Virus record (IMG/VR): IMGVR_UViG_3300039351_000006
Direction: 5' to 3' (one strand)
Source: a virus
Length of the DNA: 64,000 bases
Position numbers and translations under genes: made by a program. The notes below the pieces were generated by a model that saw nothing but the letters and a program-made list of their open reading frames with translations, did not search any database and had not been told where the DNA came from. This document shows positions 20,857 through 29,772 of the stretch, in pieces; the first letter of the stretch is position 1; every line of letters starts with the position of its first letter.

Positions 20857-20938
20857 TACTCCCCACGGGACTTGAACCCGCACTCCGAAAGGAAGCGCAT
20901 TTTGAGTGCGCCGCGTCTACCTATTCCGCCAAGGGAGC
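20857..20938 (-). tRNA. tRNA-Leu (anticodon CAA), type II with long variable arm
   Basis: Reverse complement GCTCCCTTGGCGGAATAGGTAGACGCGGCGCACTCAAAATGCGC...GGGTTCAAGTCCCGTGGGGAGTA; anticodon stem GCGCA/TGCGC with loop CTCAAAA. Confidence 0.7.
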
Positions 20939-20944
20939 AAATTA

Positions 20945-21193
20945 TTAAATTAAACCCTGAGATTTAAGATACTCAGACATTCTTACAGCAGACTCACAGT
21001 CCTCTTTAAAATCAGCCGACTGTGACTCACAAATGGTAACAGAATTACCCTCACGTAAAGAATCCATAACTTCCTTAGCATGAGCAACTTCTGCAGCCTC
21101 TTGGTCAGCAGTCAATGTCACATACTCGTTAGATGGAACAACAATAGCAGCCTCATCAACTCTTCTATTAAATTGAGTTACCATATCTTGCAC
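20945..21193 (-). CDS. small acidic hypothetical protein
   Basis: 82-aa ORF. Confidence 0.4.
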   Translation of the reverse strand: MQDMVTQFNRRVDEAAIVVPSNEYVTLTADQEAAEVAHAKEVMDSLREGNSVTICESQSADFKEDCESAVRMSEYLKSQGLI

Positions 21194-21590
21194 CTCCTAC
21201 ATTGTTATTATAAAACACATTTCTAGCATACGTACTAAGATTAACAATAGCGTTTGCAGTTCTTACATCATAACCTACACTCAGTAGTTTGGATTTTGTT
21301 GCAGGACTGCAATGAACAACAACCCAGTAATTAGTGTAGAACATGCTAGGCACAAGTACCAACTCCAAATAAGACCCTGGTACTCTTAAACTCTTTGTTA
21401 TTATAATGTCCTGCGTACCCTTGATAGTAACCAAAACCCTGTGCCTCACCACACCAGCTAACAGCACCCTAAAGATTTCATCCGAAGAAGTACCAGCATG
21501 CTTTAAAGCTGAATTCAGTACTATCGACCGCCTATAATAACCATTCAGATTATCCACCACAACAGACCTGCGAACAACCAAATCACACAT
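21168..21590 (-). CDS. hypothetical protein
   Basis: 140-aa ORF. Confidence 0.45.
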   Translation of the reverse strand: MCDLVVRRSVVVDNLNGYYRRSIVLNSALKHAGTSSDEIFRVLLAGVVRHRVLVTIKGTQDIIITKSLRVPGSYLELVLVPSMFYTNYWVVVHCSPATKSKLLSVGYDVRTANAIVNLSTYARNVFYNNNVGGARYGNSI

Positions 21591-21897
21591 GGACAGTTAT
21601 CCCTCGTAAACTACCTGTGGCAATCTGAGAATTCATTTCACGCTGACCTTTAATGGCAACACTTTCAAAGACCCTCTTAACGTCTTCGGGAATTAAATCA
21701 CCCTGTAAATCAAGTAAATCAATTGCTCCGTCACCAGCACCACGAGAATACCCGTACTGGTACGACTTCTCCAACAGAGTCTTCACCTCTTCCGCAGAAT
21801 ATTCTGATTTACCAGTCAGGAGACAAGCATTAGTATTCCCATCAGCAACAGGCGGGTGATACAACTCATACCTACCCTTAAAAATATCACCAAACAT
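21583..21897 (-). CDS. hypothetical protein
   Basis: 104-aa ORF. Confidence 0.45.
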   Translation of the reverse strand: MFGDIFKGRYELYHPPVADGNTNACLLTGKSEYSAEEVKTLLEKSYQYGYSRGAGDGAIDLLDLQGDLIPEDVKRVFESVAIKGQREMNSQIATGSLRGITVHV

Positions 21898-21898
21898 A

Positions 21899-22105
21899 TT
21901 ACATAACCTCCACTACAATAGCGATAAAAAAGGAACCAAAAAGCACCAAGAAAAGTCCCAAAGCACCGTACACGGCGGTCTTAGGAGACTCACCATTCCT
22001 CTTACCGAAGCCCTCCCAATAATTCTTTCCAACATTATAAGCTCCAAAGCCCAGAGCAATTGCGACAACCAACGACAGTACTACAATTAGATAAACGCCA
22101 GACAT
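21899..22105 (-). CDS. small two-TM membrane protein (holin-like size and topology; function unproven)
   Basis: 68 aa with two hydrophobic helices. Confidence 0.4.
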   Translation of the reverse strand: MSGVYLIVVLSLVVAIALGFGAYNVGKNYWEGFGKRNGESPKTAVYGALGLFLVLFGSFFIAIVVEVM

Positions 22106-22116
22106 TATTCTAATCC

Positions 22117-22920
22117 TTACTTGTAGGGCTTCAACACTGTATATTTATTAGTGTTATCATCATACATCAGAAATGAGCCATCGCCCCTGGTAGTATTAGT
22201 TAGCCAACTATGAGTATCGCAGAACCACAGAACATCATTATTAACAGTTTTGCTCTTGACAACGGTATTCTGAGCTGAGTGACCCACTATCTGAGTAATA
22301 CCCTTTATACCCTCTGCTCTTAGTTCGTGTTCGCCAGCCCAGCAAGGACTTGGACAACCAAAGCCACCTCGTTCCCGACCGGCAGTAGAGAGCTTACCCA
22401 TGCTGTGATTGCCATCCTTGAGCAGCATGTTATTGGTCTTTTCAACCAACTTATCCAGACCTTCAGAGGGTGACCACAACTTCCTTACCCAACTGGAGCA
22501 AAATCCAGCATGTGAACACGCCACTTCCTGACCATCAGATTGAGTGAATTTCCAACAAATACCATCGACCAGAGCATTCACCCTATCACGTAGTCTATAA
22601 ACAGCGCTGGATTTAGTCGCGTTACCACCAACGCTATCTCTTACATAATTATATGCTTTATCAGAGTAATCAACCATATAAGGCAGGTCATGGTTACCAG
22701 CCAAGACTATTACTTCAACACCCTCTTCTCTTTTGGCGAATACCCATTCTTCAAGGTTTCCGAATGCTTCTATCTCCGCTTTTGCACTTGTATTGTAATC
22801 ATTAAGTAAATCACCTAGCAAAACAACACGCTGAATACCCTCTTGCTGGATATACATGTCTATAAGAGGGGTAATTATATCACTCTTGTTGTGAATGTCA
22901 CCAGAGAACAAAGTTTTCAT
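22117..22920 (-). CDS. calcineurin-like metallophosphoesterase (lambda PPase / Pnkp phosphatase fold)
   Basis: GDIHN, GDLLND and GNHD signature motifs; 267 aa. Confidence 0.7.
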   Translation of the reverse strand: MKTLFSGDIHNKSDIITPLIDMYIQQEGIQRVVLLGDLLNDYNTSAKAEIEAFGNLEEWVFAKREEGVEVIVLAGNHDLPYMVDYSDKAYNYVRDSVGGNATKSSAVYRLRDRVNALVDGICWKFTQSDGQEVACSHAGFCSSWVRKLWSPSEGLDKLVEKTNNMLLKDGNHSMGKLSTAGRERGGFGCPSPCWAGEHELRAEGIKGITQIVGHSAQNTVVKSKTVNNDVLWFCDTHSWLTNTTRGDGSFLMYDDNTNKYTVLKPYK

Positions 22921-23669
22921 TCAGACAGACCCTTCTTAAAGGCAGCCAACCTGCTATTCAAATCTTCTTGAGTGTAACCAGAACTCTGCTCATAAACCCT
23001 AGTCATTACATGAATATAGTTATCTTTCAATTTACCTAAAACAGGCACGCTTATAACTTCAGGAAGAGAGGATGCTTCAAACGCAGCTTCTACAGAAAAA
23101 TACTTCTTCTCCAAATACCCAATAGAAATACCCTCAGAGCGCACAGAGGCTACTTCATCCAAATTCACATAATTTACAGTAGGCCAGTAACCATTCTCCA
23201 GAGCAACCTCTATATTAGTTAGCAACCTGAGAACTTCACCGGAAAACTTATTTGCCCTTACAACCGACAAGCTATGATTATTACGCAGCTTCTTTAAAAC
23301 TTTTCTGGCGTTATCAAGAGCAAAAGACAACGCCTTCTTTGTCAGCAGACTCTCAGGTGTAATGCCATATTTGATATTACTTAAGAAGAAATCGTCCAAT
23401 AAGACATACTTACTATTAATGCTAAACGCTTCTAGAAGATTGAAATTGCCACCAATAAGGCCTTCATAAAAATTAATGGGCATCATTGACAAAACATCAT
23501 GAGATTTATTCTCTTCCAGCATACTTGCACTATTCAGTAGAATCTGCTCTCGCGTAGGCATAACAATGACACGCACATCAATATCGCTATCAGCAGTAGC
23601 CAAACCGTGAGCATGACTACCACCAACCCATGCAGTTAATACATTACTTGTAGTTAATTCAGTAGCCAC
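22917..23669 (-). CDS. Pol-beta superfamily nucleotidyltransferase (MNT/KNTase-like core)
   Basis: GGSHAHGLATADSDIDVRV matches the hG[GS]x9-13Dh[DE]h motif; 250 aa; overlaps the downstream phosphoesterase by 4 nt and abuts tRNA-Leu(UAA). Confidence 0.6.
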   Translation of the reverse strand: MATELTTSNVLTAWVGGSHAHGLATADSDIDVRVIVMPTREQILLNSASMLEENKSHDVLSMMPINFYEGLIGGNFNLLEAFSINSKYVLLDDFFLSNIKYGITPESLLTKKALSFALDNARKVLKKLRNNHSLSVVRANKFSGEVLRLLTNIEVALENGYWPTVNYVNLDEVASVRSEGISIGYLEKKYFSVEAAFEASSLPEVISVPVLGKLKDNYIHVMTRVYEQSSGYTQEDLNSRLAAFKKGLSE

Positions 23670-23690
23670 TACTCAACCTTTCTCTACTTG

Positions 23691-23770
23691 TGCCCCCTAC
23701 GAGACTCGAACTCGTACTCCAATGGAAGCGGATTTTAAGTCCGCCGTGTCTACCATTCCACCAAGAGGGC
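23691..23770 (-). tRNA. tRNA-Leu (anticodon UAA), type II
   Basis: Reverse complement GCCCTCTTGGTGGAATGGTAGACACGGCGGACTTAAAATCCGC...GAGTTCGAGTCTCGTAGGGGGCA; anticodon loop CTTAAAA. Confidence 0.7.
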
Positions 23771-23871
23771 GATGGCACCCATAAAGGTGCCAAGTAACCG
23801 ATGGTATTGATTCCTCTCAACCAACAGTAACTATATTACATATCATGCAAGAATATATAAACAATATTCAA

Positions 23872-25440
23872 TTATTTCTTAACACGACTTACAGTAACTA
23901 CACCAAGCAACATTGCAACGATAACTATCAAAACAATAAAAGCCTTAGATAAATCAATACCCGTTGTGACCAGAGTTGCGAATTCCTTTTTGTCGTTGGT
24001 TTTGTCCTGAGTGTTCTTGCTATCCTGATATGGAGAAGTTGGCTTGGCAACTTGGTTCTGAGGCTGGCTGTTACCAGCATCACTAGACTTATTAGTAGTT
24101 GTTTCATTGCTTCCCTGATTTGGCTTTGTTTCACTACTACCATTGTCGCCCTGGCTTGGCTTGGTTTCCCCACCGTTATTTCCGTTGTTACCATTACCCT
24201 GGTCTGGCATAATCTCTCCGCCGTTATTCCCGTTATTACCGTTACCATCTTGACCCGGCTTTATTTCTCCACTGCTACCGTTACCTTGGTCAGGCTTCTT
24301 CGTTACTGTCAGGGTGAAATCAGCTTTCTTATCAGCAACCGTGGCTGTTATAACAGTCTTACCCTCCTTGACAGCGGTTACAAGACCGTCCTCAGATACT
24401 GTTGCAACTGTTGGGTCAGAACTTGACCATATTACCTCTTCACCAGTATTTGCCGGCGTTACGGTTGCAGAAAACTGGGATGTTTTACCTTCTTTCAACT
24501 CTGCCGGTGGATTATTTATTGTCACACCTTCGATTGGAGCGGGGTTCACTTTCAGCGTGAAATCTTGGTCCTGAATACCCTGGTCGTTCTGAGCTTCCAA
24601 AGTAAATTTAAAAGTACCAGCTTCCTCAGGAATACCCTTAATATGGAATTGGAACAAATCATCAGATTTATTAGTATCCGTCGGGTCGAGTTCAATACCC
24701 TTTGGCAGGGTTCCCGATTTCAGACTTCCCTTAATTAAGTCACCTTGGTTACTCTGACCAGCCAAACGCAACGTCTGGTCATATGCTTTATTTTGGTCTG
24801 CGTCCGCCATTGTCTGAACGGTGAAATATGGCTTCGGATTAATGGCGTCCTTACGCATTGCAGCAAACATGGCCACCGAACGATTGAAATACTCGTCAGC
24901 ACCGCCCTTATAGTCTGTCCACTCTGTTGCATAGTTGTCACCATAAGGCCACATGTGGGCACTTCCGCATGAAAGTGCTTCGTTGTCACCGAATGACTTC
25001 ACTGTTTCCAAGGCCGCAGGTCCAGTCCATCTTCCCAGAACGCAGTAACTTTGCCACTGGAAATACCCTGAACCCATATTGTGGCCGATTTCATGTAAGG
25101 CGGTTCCTTCCACCATGAAGCCTCTATTGCTTCCGAAATCTATAGTGCCTTCGCTGCCTGGCCCCCATGACTTCCAGCCGTACTCATTCATGCCATACGC
25201 AGGGTGGGCTTGAGCCGTCGGAACGCCTGGCTTATAATTAACCGTTAAATGCATTTTAACCGAATCAGCTGGGTGCTCAAAATTCCATTTATTCCAGCGA
25301 GCTGTTGCAGCGTCCATTGCCTTGGTTATTCTATCATAAGCATCTTGCTGGTCTGCTGTAGGACTTGCAGCTTTATTCAGCGTATAGGTTACCTTATTGT
25401 AATCTTCCGCCGCGTTCGCAGTCACCGCTCCAGCGACCAT
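23872..25440 (-). CDS. secreted zincin metalloprotease with Ig-like Big_2 domain, G/N-rich linker and C-terminal hydrophobic anchor
   Basis: HEIGHNMG (HExxH); Big_2-like VATVSEDGLVTAVKEGKTVITATV; C-terminal LVTTG + hydrophobic stretch + RVKK; a signal peptide (MRLKKKVLSGLLAAGI) is encoded immediately upstream at ~25487 but one nt out of frame across a T8 run. Confidence 0.65.
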   Translation of the reverse strand: MVAGAVTANAAEDYNKVTYTLNKAASPTADQQDAYDRITKAMDAATARWNKWNFEHPADSVKMHLTVNYKPGVPTAQAHPAYGMNEYGWKSWGPGSEGTIDFGSNRGFMVEGTALHEIGHNMGSGYFQWQSYCVLGRWTGPAALETVKSFGDNEALSCGSAHMWPYGDNYATEWTDYKGGADEYFNRSVAMFAAMRKDAINPKPYFTVQTMADADQNKAYDQTLRLAGQSNQGDLIKGSLKSGTLPKGIELDPTDTNKSDDLFQFHIKGIPEEAGTFKFTLEAQNDQGIQDQDFTLKVNPAPIEGVTINNPPAELKEGKTSQFSATVTPANTGEEVIWSSSDPTVATVSEDGLVTAVKEGKTVITATVADKKADFTLTVTKKPDQGNGSSGEIKPGQDGNGNNGNNGGEIMPDQGNGNNGNNGGETKPSQGDNGSSETKPNQGSNETTTNKSSDAGNSQPQNQVAKPTSPYQDSKNTQDKTNDKKEFATLVTTGIDLSKAFIVLIVIVAMLLGVVTVSRVKK

Positions 25441-25520
25441 AATACCCGCTGCTAGCAGTCCAGATAGTACTTTTTTTTCAACCTCATAGGGATTTCCCTT
25501 TAATATTTAACTATAATAAT

Positions 25521-25554
25521 AGTCGTCAATGAAACCTTCGCAACGTTGACGACT
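25521..25554. promoter_or_regulatory. inverted repeat AGTCGTCAA-(16 nt)-TTGACGACT between HTH gene and protease gene
   Basis: 9-bp perfect inverted repeat in a 235-bp AT-rich intergenic region. Confidence 0.3.
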
Positions 25555-25674
25555 CAGCGTACTAATTTTTAATTAGGGGAATCACTTTTCCATTATTATA
25601 TTAGCATTATCAGTGTGCTTACTAATACTTAGACATACTACCAGACACTTACAACGTACTACGCAAAAATGGTC

Positions 25675-25857
25675 TCATCTAACCATCCTGTATCCATAAG
25701 GTATTCTATAAATCTCAAAACCAAGAGACTTAACCAATGTTATTACGTCCTCTATTGCAACATTTTTCTGATCACCGGAAAAGAAGGAATCAATAGTTGC
25801 CTTAGGCAGATTAGATAATTTAATTAAAGCCTCTTTGCTAATACCCCTCTTTTCCAT
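25675..25857 (-). CDS. XRE-family helix-turn-helix transcriptional regulator (short)
   Basis: ISKEALIKLSNLPKATIDSFFSG resembles an HTH_XRE core; a 57-codon ORF (25827-26000) overlaps its start in another frame across an AAAAGAGGGG run, possibly a single frameshifted gene. Confidence 0.55.
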   Translation of the reverse strand: MEKRGISKEALIKLSNLPKATIDSFFSGDQKNVAIEDVITLVKSLGFEIYRIPYGYRMVR

Positions 25858-26284
25858 GCGGTGAGTAACCCTAGGAGCATAGCGTTATCCTTAGGATGAA
25901 GAGTATCCGAATCGTCATTAGGTTTCCCCATCCAAGGCTCATATTTCATTGACACAGCATCCAAGTCTATCGGCATAAGGGCTACATAATCTCTTTCCAT
26001 GCATCTACACCTCCTTAACTACTCTTTTGACTCTGTGAACAGCTACCCCCAAAGCAGATGCTTCACCACACTCTTACGAATAAATATACTTTACCAAAGA
26101 TTAACCAGCAAAAACATGACATTCAGTTATTAAATTATCCTATAAAGCATTAAAAACCCTAAATAACCATTGAGAATAACACTACTTTCTCTTCTCTCTA
26201 CCTACCCAAAAACTATACCCTACCACTATTTTTCATTAAGAATAGTCGGCAAAAGCCAGCCCACACAACGACTTCAGAGGCCAC

Positions 26285-26335
26285 AGAATATAAAAAGCGG
26301 ATATTTAGGGTAAACCAACTACCCTAAATATCCGC
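26285..26335 (-). terminator. strong intrinsic terminator downstream of gene 26354..26770
   Basis: Perfect 16-bp stem GCGGATATTTAGGGTA/TACCCTAAATATCCGC with 7-nt loop, followed on the minus strand by TTTTTATATT; a third half-site TACCCTAAATATC follows at 26343-26355. Confidence 0.6.
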
Positions 26336-26353
26336 CATACACTACCCTAAATA

Positions 26354-26770
26354 TCAGGACTTGGGATAGAACGAAAGCAACACCACGGATTCACCGACCT
26401 CTTGATAATTACTTAAAACATAGTCACCAATTAAGCCCTGAATACCCTGCTCGAAGATAAACTCGTTAGACATGGGCTGCTTCGACAATACAGCCTTATT
26501 AATGGACTTCACCAAGGTTCTAACTGTTAGAGCGCCCTTGCCAGTGTAAATAGAGTCGTTATCACGCAACTCCCTATTGACATTACTCTTCAACAGGAAT
26601 CCAAGATAATTAACTTTCTTTTGACCCGTGGACAGATGAGTGTAATAAGGCTTCGTAACAATGGAAGTCAAGGGATAATACTTGAACCTATTTGTATTCG
26701 CATCCAAAATGGCCAAAACCACTTTCCTATACGGGTCAGCCGTATACGCCTTCATTTCGATGGACAACAC
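26354..26770 (-). CDS. hypothetical protein
   Basis: 138-aa ORF. Confidence 0.5.
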   Translation of the reverse strand: MLSIEMKAYTADPYRKVVLAILDANTNRFKYYPLTSIVTKPYYTHLSTGQKKVNYLGFLLKSNVNRELRDNDSIYTGKGALTVRTLVKSINKAVLSKQPMSNEFIFEQGIQGLIGDYVLSNYQEVGESVVLLSFYPKS

Positions 26771-26931
26771 ACCTACCTCCTATTTTACCGTTTTCAAAAT
26801 GTTCAAAGTATTCTTAACAGTCTAAGACAACAAAACAGCCGACTCATCCTTTCCAAGCAGGAATACCCTATGCCCAGCGTAAACGCCCGCGCTAGTAGAC
26901 TTCTTAGCAATTTCAGAAGCCAAGCTATCAG

Positions 26932-27935
26932 TTAATCCCTGAACTTCCTTCTTAAGGTCCTTAATCTCTGGTCACGCATAACCAAGGACTGCTTAAGATT
27001 CTTGTACTCCTCAGTGTCTTCAGTACTCGCGGAGAGCTTGGCTCGAAGAGAATCAATTCTCTCTTTGTAAGACTTGTTGGCTTCTTGCAGCTTGGAGACC
27101 TTCGCAGTCTCCTCATAATACTTTTTATCCAGAATAGTATTCTGCGTTTCCAAATACTTAGAATTTTTCCGCTCTTCTTCCAATTGTGCTCTAACAGCCT
27201 TCAAGGAATCAACCAGTTCAGGCAGCTTACTGCCAGCGCTTTTATGCAGAGCTAGTTCTTCATCTTTCTTGCGAAGAGAAGCCGTCAAAATACCCAAGTC
27301 GGCTTCCGCCTTCTCTTTCTTCTTACTGGCTTCAGCCAAATCTGCTTCAAGCGTGGCAACCTTGTTAGCATATTTGCCACCCTGCTTGCTAAGAGCCTGC
27401 TGTTTGTCTTTCTCTGCCTCTTCTTTGAAAGAAGCATACTCTTCCGCCAGTTTTCCGCGTTAGACTTTACCTCGTCCAAGGACTCCTGTAATGATTCAAT
27501 CTTACTATCCCTGGAGGCAATATCCTTATTATATTTAGACTTAAAGGATTCTAATTCCGCAGAGTTGTCTTTAATGGAGGATTCTTTCTTCTCCAGATAG
27601 GCGTTTTCTTCCGTCAAAGCAGCAATCTTCTCAGTTAGCTTTTTAATGACCAGAGATTCAGTGAACTTTTCACCTAGCTCTGCTTGGTTTACAGCGTCTT
27701 CCCATCCTTGGAGACTTGCGACTACCAAGCGAGAAACCCACTTTCCACCGTAATCATCAACCCAGAAGCAGTCATCCTCTTTAATAGAGGTGTCACTATT
27801 CAAATTATTAATAGTGTTTTCCAACGCTTCTTCCGAGGTTTTCAGCTGTTTCAAAGCTTCATCAAGAGGCATCCACTTGTCGATATTCACATCAACATAG
27901 CTATTAGCCTTCAGCCAATCAGAGAACCTCTCCAC
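26932..27935 (-). CDS. coiled-coil protein interrupted by a +1 frameshift (ORFs 27285..27935 and 26932..27339)
   Basis: Both ORFs are heptad-rich; adding one A to the GAAAAC run near 27440 gives a continuous frame ...SNAEKLAEEYASFKEEAEKDKQQ... Confidence 0.5.
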
Positions 27936-28203
27936 ATCGAATACCCAGAGTCTTCATGGCGTCAACCTGCGATGTACTAACGTTATTAATTATTTCCACA
28001 TCTTCAGGGACAATGACCAGAGTACCCTCTTCGATCGGAACGGTTCTGACCTTACCTACAATATCGGAACTTGCCATCAAACCATACGTCATTTCGTCAA
28101 CGTTCTCCTTTTCCACAGCAAAACTGGCCCCTTTTCCTAGCTTTTTACTGAGATTATCAAAATCTTTTTTTTGGTCATTGAGGTTACATGCCAAAACCCG
28201 CAC
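27919..28203 (-). CDS. hypothetical protein
   Basis: 94-aa ORF. Confidence 0.4.
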   Translation of the reverse strand: MRVLACNLNDQKKDFDNLSKKLGKGASFAVEKENVDEMTYGLMASSDIVGKVRTVPIEEGTLVIVPEDVEIINNVSTSQVDAMKTLGIRCGEVL

Positions 28204-28388
28204 TTTTTACAGGCGTAGACACGTCTCTCGATATGCTTGTCACCTCTGCCAGACCTTGCATGTTGCATGGCATTATCAGCAGCCCACTTATTACCGTAAC
28301 AAAACTTGCCATCACAAGTCTTACCTACAATGGCACCAATTCGCTGCGCTGTATTCGATTTACTATTCCGCAATACAACTCCTTTCAT
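28137..28388 (-). CDS. small basic zinc-ribbon-like protein
   Basis: Cys pairs CDGKFC ... CKKCGFWH; 83 aa. Confidence 0.4.
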   Translation of the reverse strand: MKGVVLRNSKSNTAQRIGAIVGKTCDGKFCYGNKWAADNAMQHARSGRGDKHIERRVYACKKCGFWHVTSMTKKKILIISVKS

Positions 28389-28427
28389 TAAATATCTATT
28401 ATACTAACTATTTACCTAACAATAATG

Positions 28428-28955
28428 CTAATCGCGGGACAGCATAACCACGGAACCGGCGTTAAACTCCATATTAACAAACAGCAACAGGAGTTCCACC
28501 GGCAAAACCGCCATGTACAAAAGAGTAACGTCTTTCAGAAGCGCAATACCCACTAGGGCTATCAGCAGCAACGCTATCACAGACGAGCAAATTCGGTAGG
28601 CATTAAACCTGCTATTAAACAGATTATATAAATCGCTGGTATCAAAATATCTTGCCACTTTGACAAGATACATGCTCCGAGTAACCATCCGAAGCATGTA
28701 CATAACGAAGTAGATCGCACCCAAGTAGACCAGAAAGAATTCTATATTCACGGAAGTATCTTCATAATAATACTTGTCAAACAACCAGTAGACACTGAAC
28801 GACGCCGTAGAGAACAAATCAAAATAAATCATAAAGTTAAGAATACCATGATACATTTTGCCGTTGTCTGTGTAATCATAACTAAAGACAGCCTGTTCAT
28901 CATAGTCATAAAGGTACTTTTCCTTGCCCTTTTTACCTAGAAACGCAGCGTTCAT
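28428..28955 (-). CDS. polytopic membrane protein
   Basis: 175 aa with ~4 hydrophobic helices. Confidence 0.5.
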   Translation of the reverse strand: MNAAFLGKKGKEKYLYDYDEQAVFSYDYTDNGKMYHGILNFMIYFDLFSTASFSVYWLFDKYYYEDTSVNIEFFLVYLGAIYFVMYMLRMVTRSMYLVKVARYFDTSDLYNLFNSRFNAYRICSSVIALLLIALVGIALLKDVTLLYMAVLPVELLLLFVNMEFNAGSVVMLSRD

Positions 28956-29698
28956 CTGTTATACCTTTCATACTCAGCGTTCACAATAGCATTGAACTGC
29001 TTATTATTCGCACAAAGCCAATCAAAAGCCTCCGAATTCTTGTCTCGGTAGTCCTGATAGGCTTTGTAACGCATACTAGAGTCGTCTGGCAGATTATCCT
29101 CAAAATACAGCCTGTCATTATCCCTACGCAAGACAATCTTGTACTCTGGGCTTCCATACCAATTATTCAGTATATCTTGAGAGGATGTTAACTTCGCAAT
29201 ATAACCATCATTAATATAGACTTTCGTATTCTTCTTATACTCATACCATGACGGAGACGAATTCATGAATGGCCCAAGTCCTGAAGCGGACATTAGAAGC
29301 CACAGATACAACACCGTATAAACAACCGTAAGCCATTGCAAACCATTAACAAGGTATGCCAATACCCCTGATTCAAGGGCAACCAACGACAATGAAATTA
29401 CGCTTCTTACTAGGCTGGACTTAATTCTATTAGAGTAGTAAGCAGTCTCCTCCTTTGTCAGAAATAACTCTGTCCTAGCAAAATAGGCCAATGCTATTCT
29501 AATTGACAGACACTTGCCATAAATCCCCCGCAATACCCCTAGAGCAACCTGAGCTGTGATTACAGCGATTAAAACAGACCTACTAATACTTGTAGACAGC
29601 ACCACTATTAAGGTAGCGGAAAATACGATTTCAGCAGCAAACCTAAACCCTTGAAACATACAACACACCCTTTCTAAAGCAATAGGGCAAGCATTCAA
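28952..29698 (-). CDS. membrane protein (N-terminal TM helices, C-terminal soluble domain)
   Basis: 248 aa; overlaps neighbour by 4 nt. Confidence 0.5.
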   Translation of the reverse strand: MNACPIALERVCCMFQGFRFAAEIVFSATLIVVLSTSISRSVLIAVITAQVALGVLRGIYGKCLSIRIALAYFARTELFLTKEETAYYSNRIKSSLVRSVISLSLVALESGVLAYLVNGLQWLTVVYTVLYLWLLMSASGLGPFMNSSPSWYEYKKNTKVYINDGYIAKLTSSQDILNNWYGSPEYKIVLRRDNDRLYFEDNLPDDSSMRYKAYQDYRDKNSEAFDWLCANNKQFNAIVNAEYERYNR

Positions 29699-29772
29699 CT
29701 TGCCCTATTAAAATAACGATGAGGCGGTGTTAACAGTCAAACCTCTTGATAGCCCCACCAAGCACTAATTAA

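Noticed and set aside
20554-20883. 109-aa ORF overlapping the tandem hairpins and tRNA-Leu(CAA)
   Set aside because: It runs through two hairpin repeats and into a tRNA gene. A shorter basic ORF (~20500-20640, MSRTRKDLKYSAIKG...) may be real, but the long version is not.
23872-25440. LVTTG tail of the metalloprotease as a definite sortase signal
   Set aside because: It has the architecture of a sorting signal (motif, hydrophobic stretch, basic tail) but deviates from LPXTG and LAXTG. It is mentioned only as a possibility.
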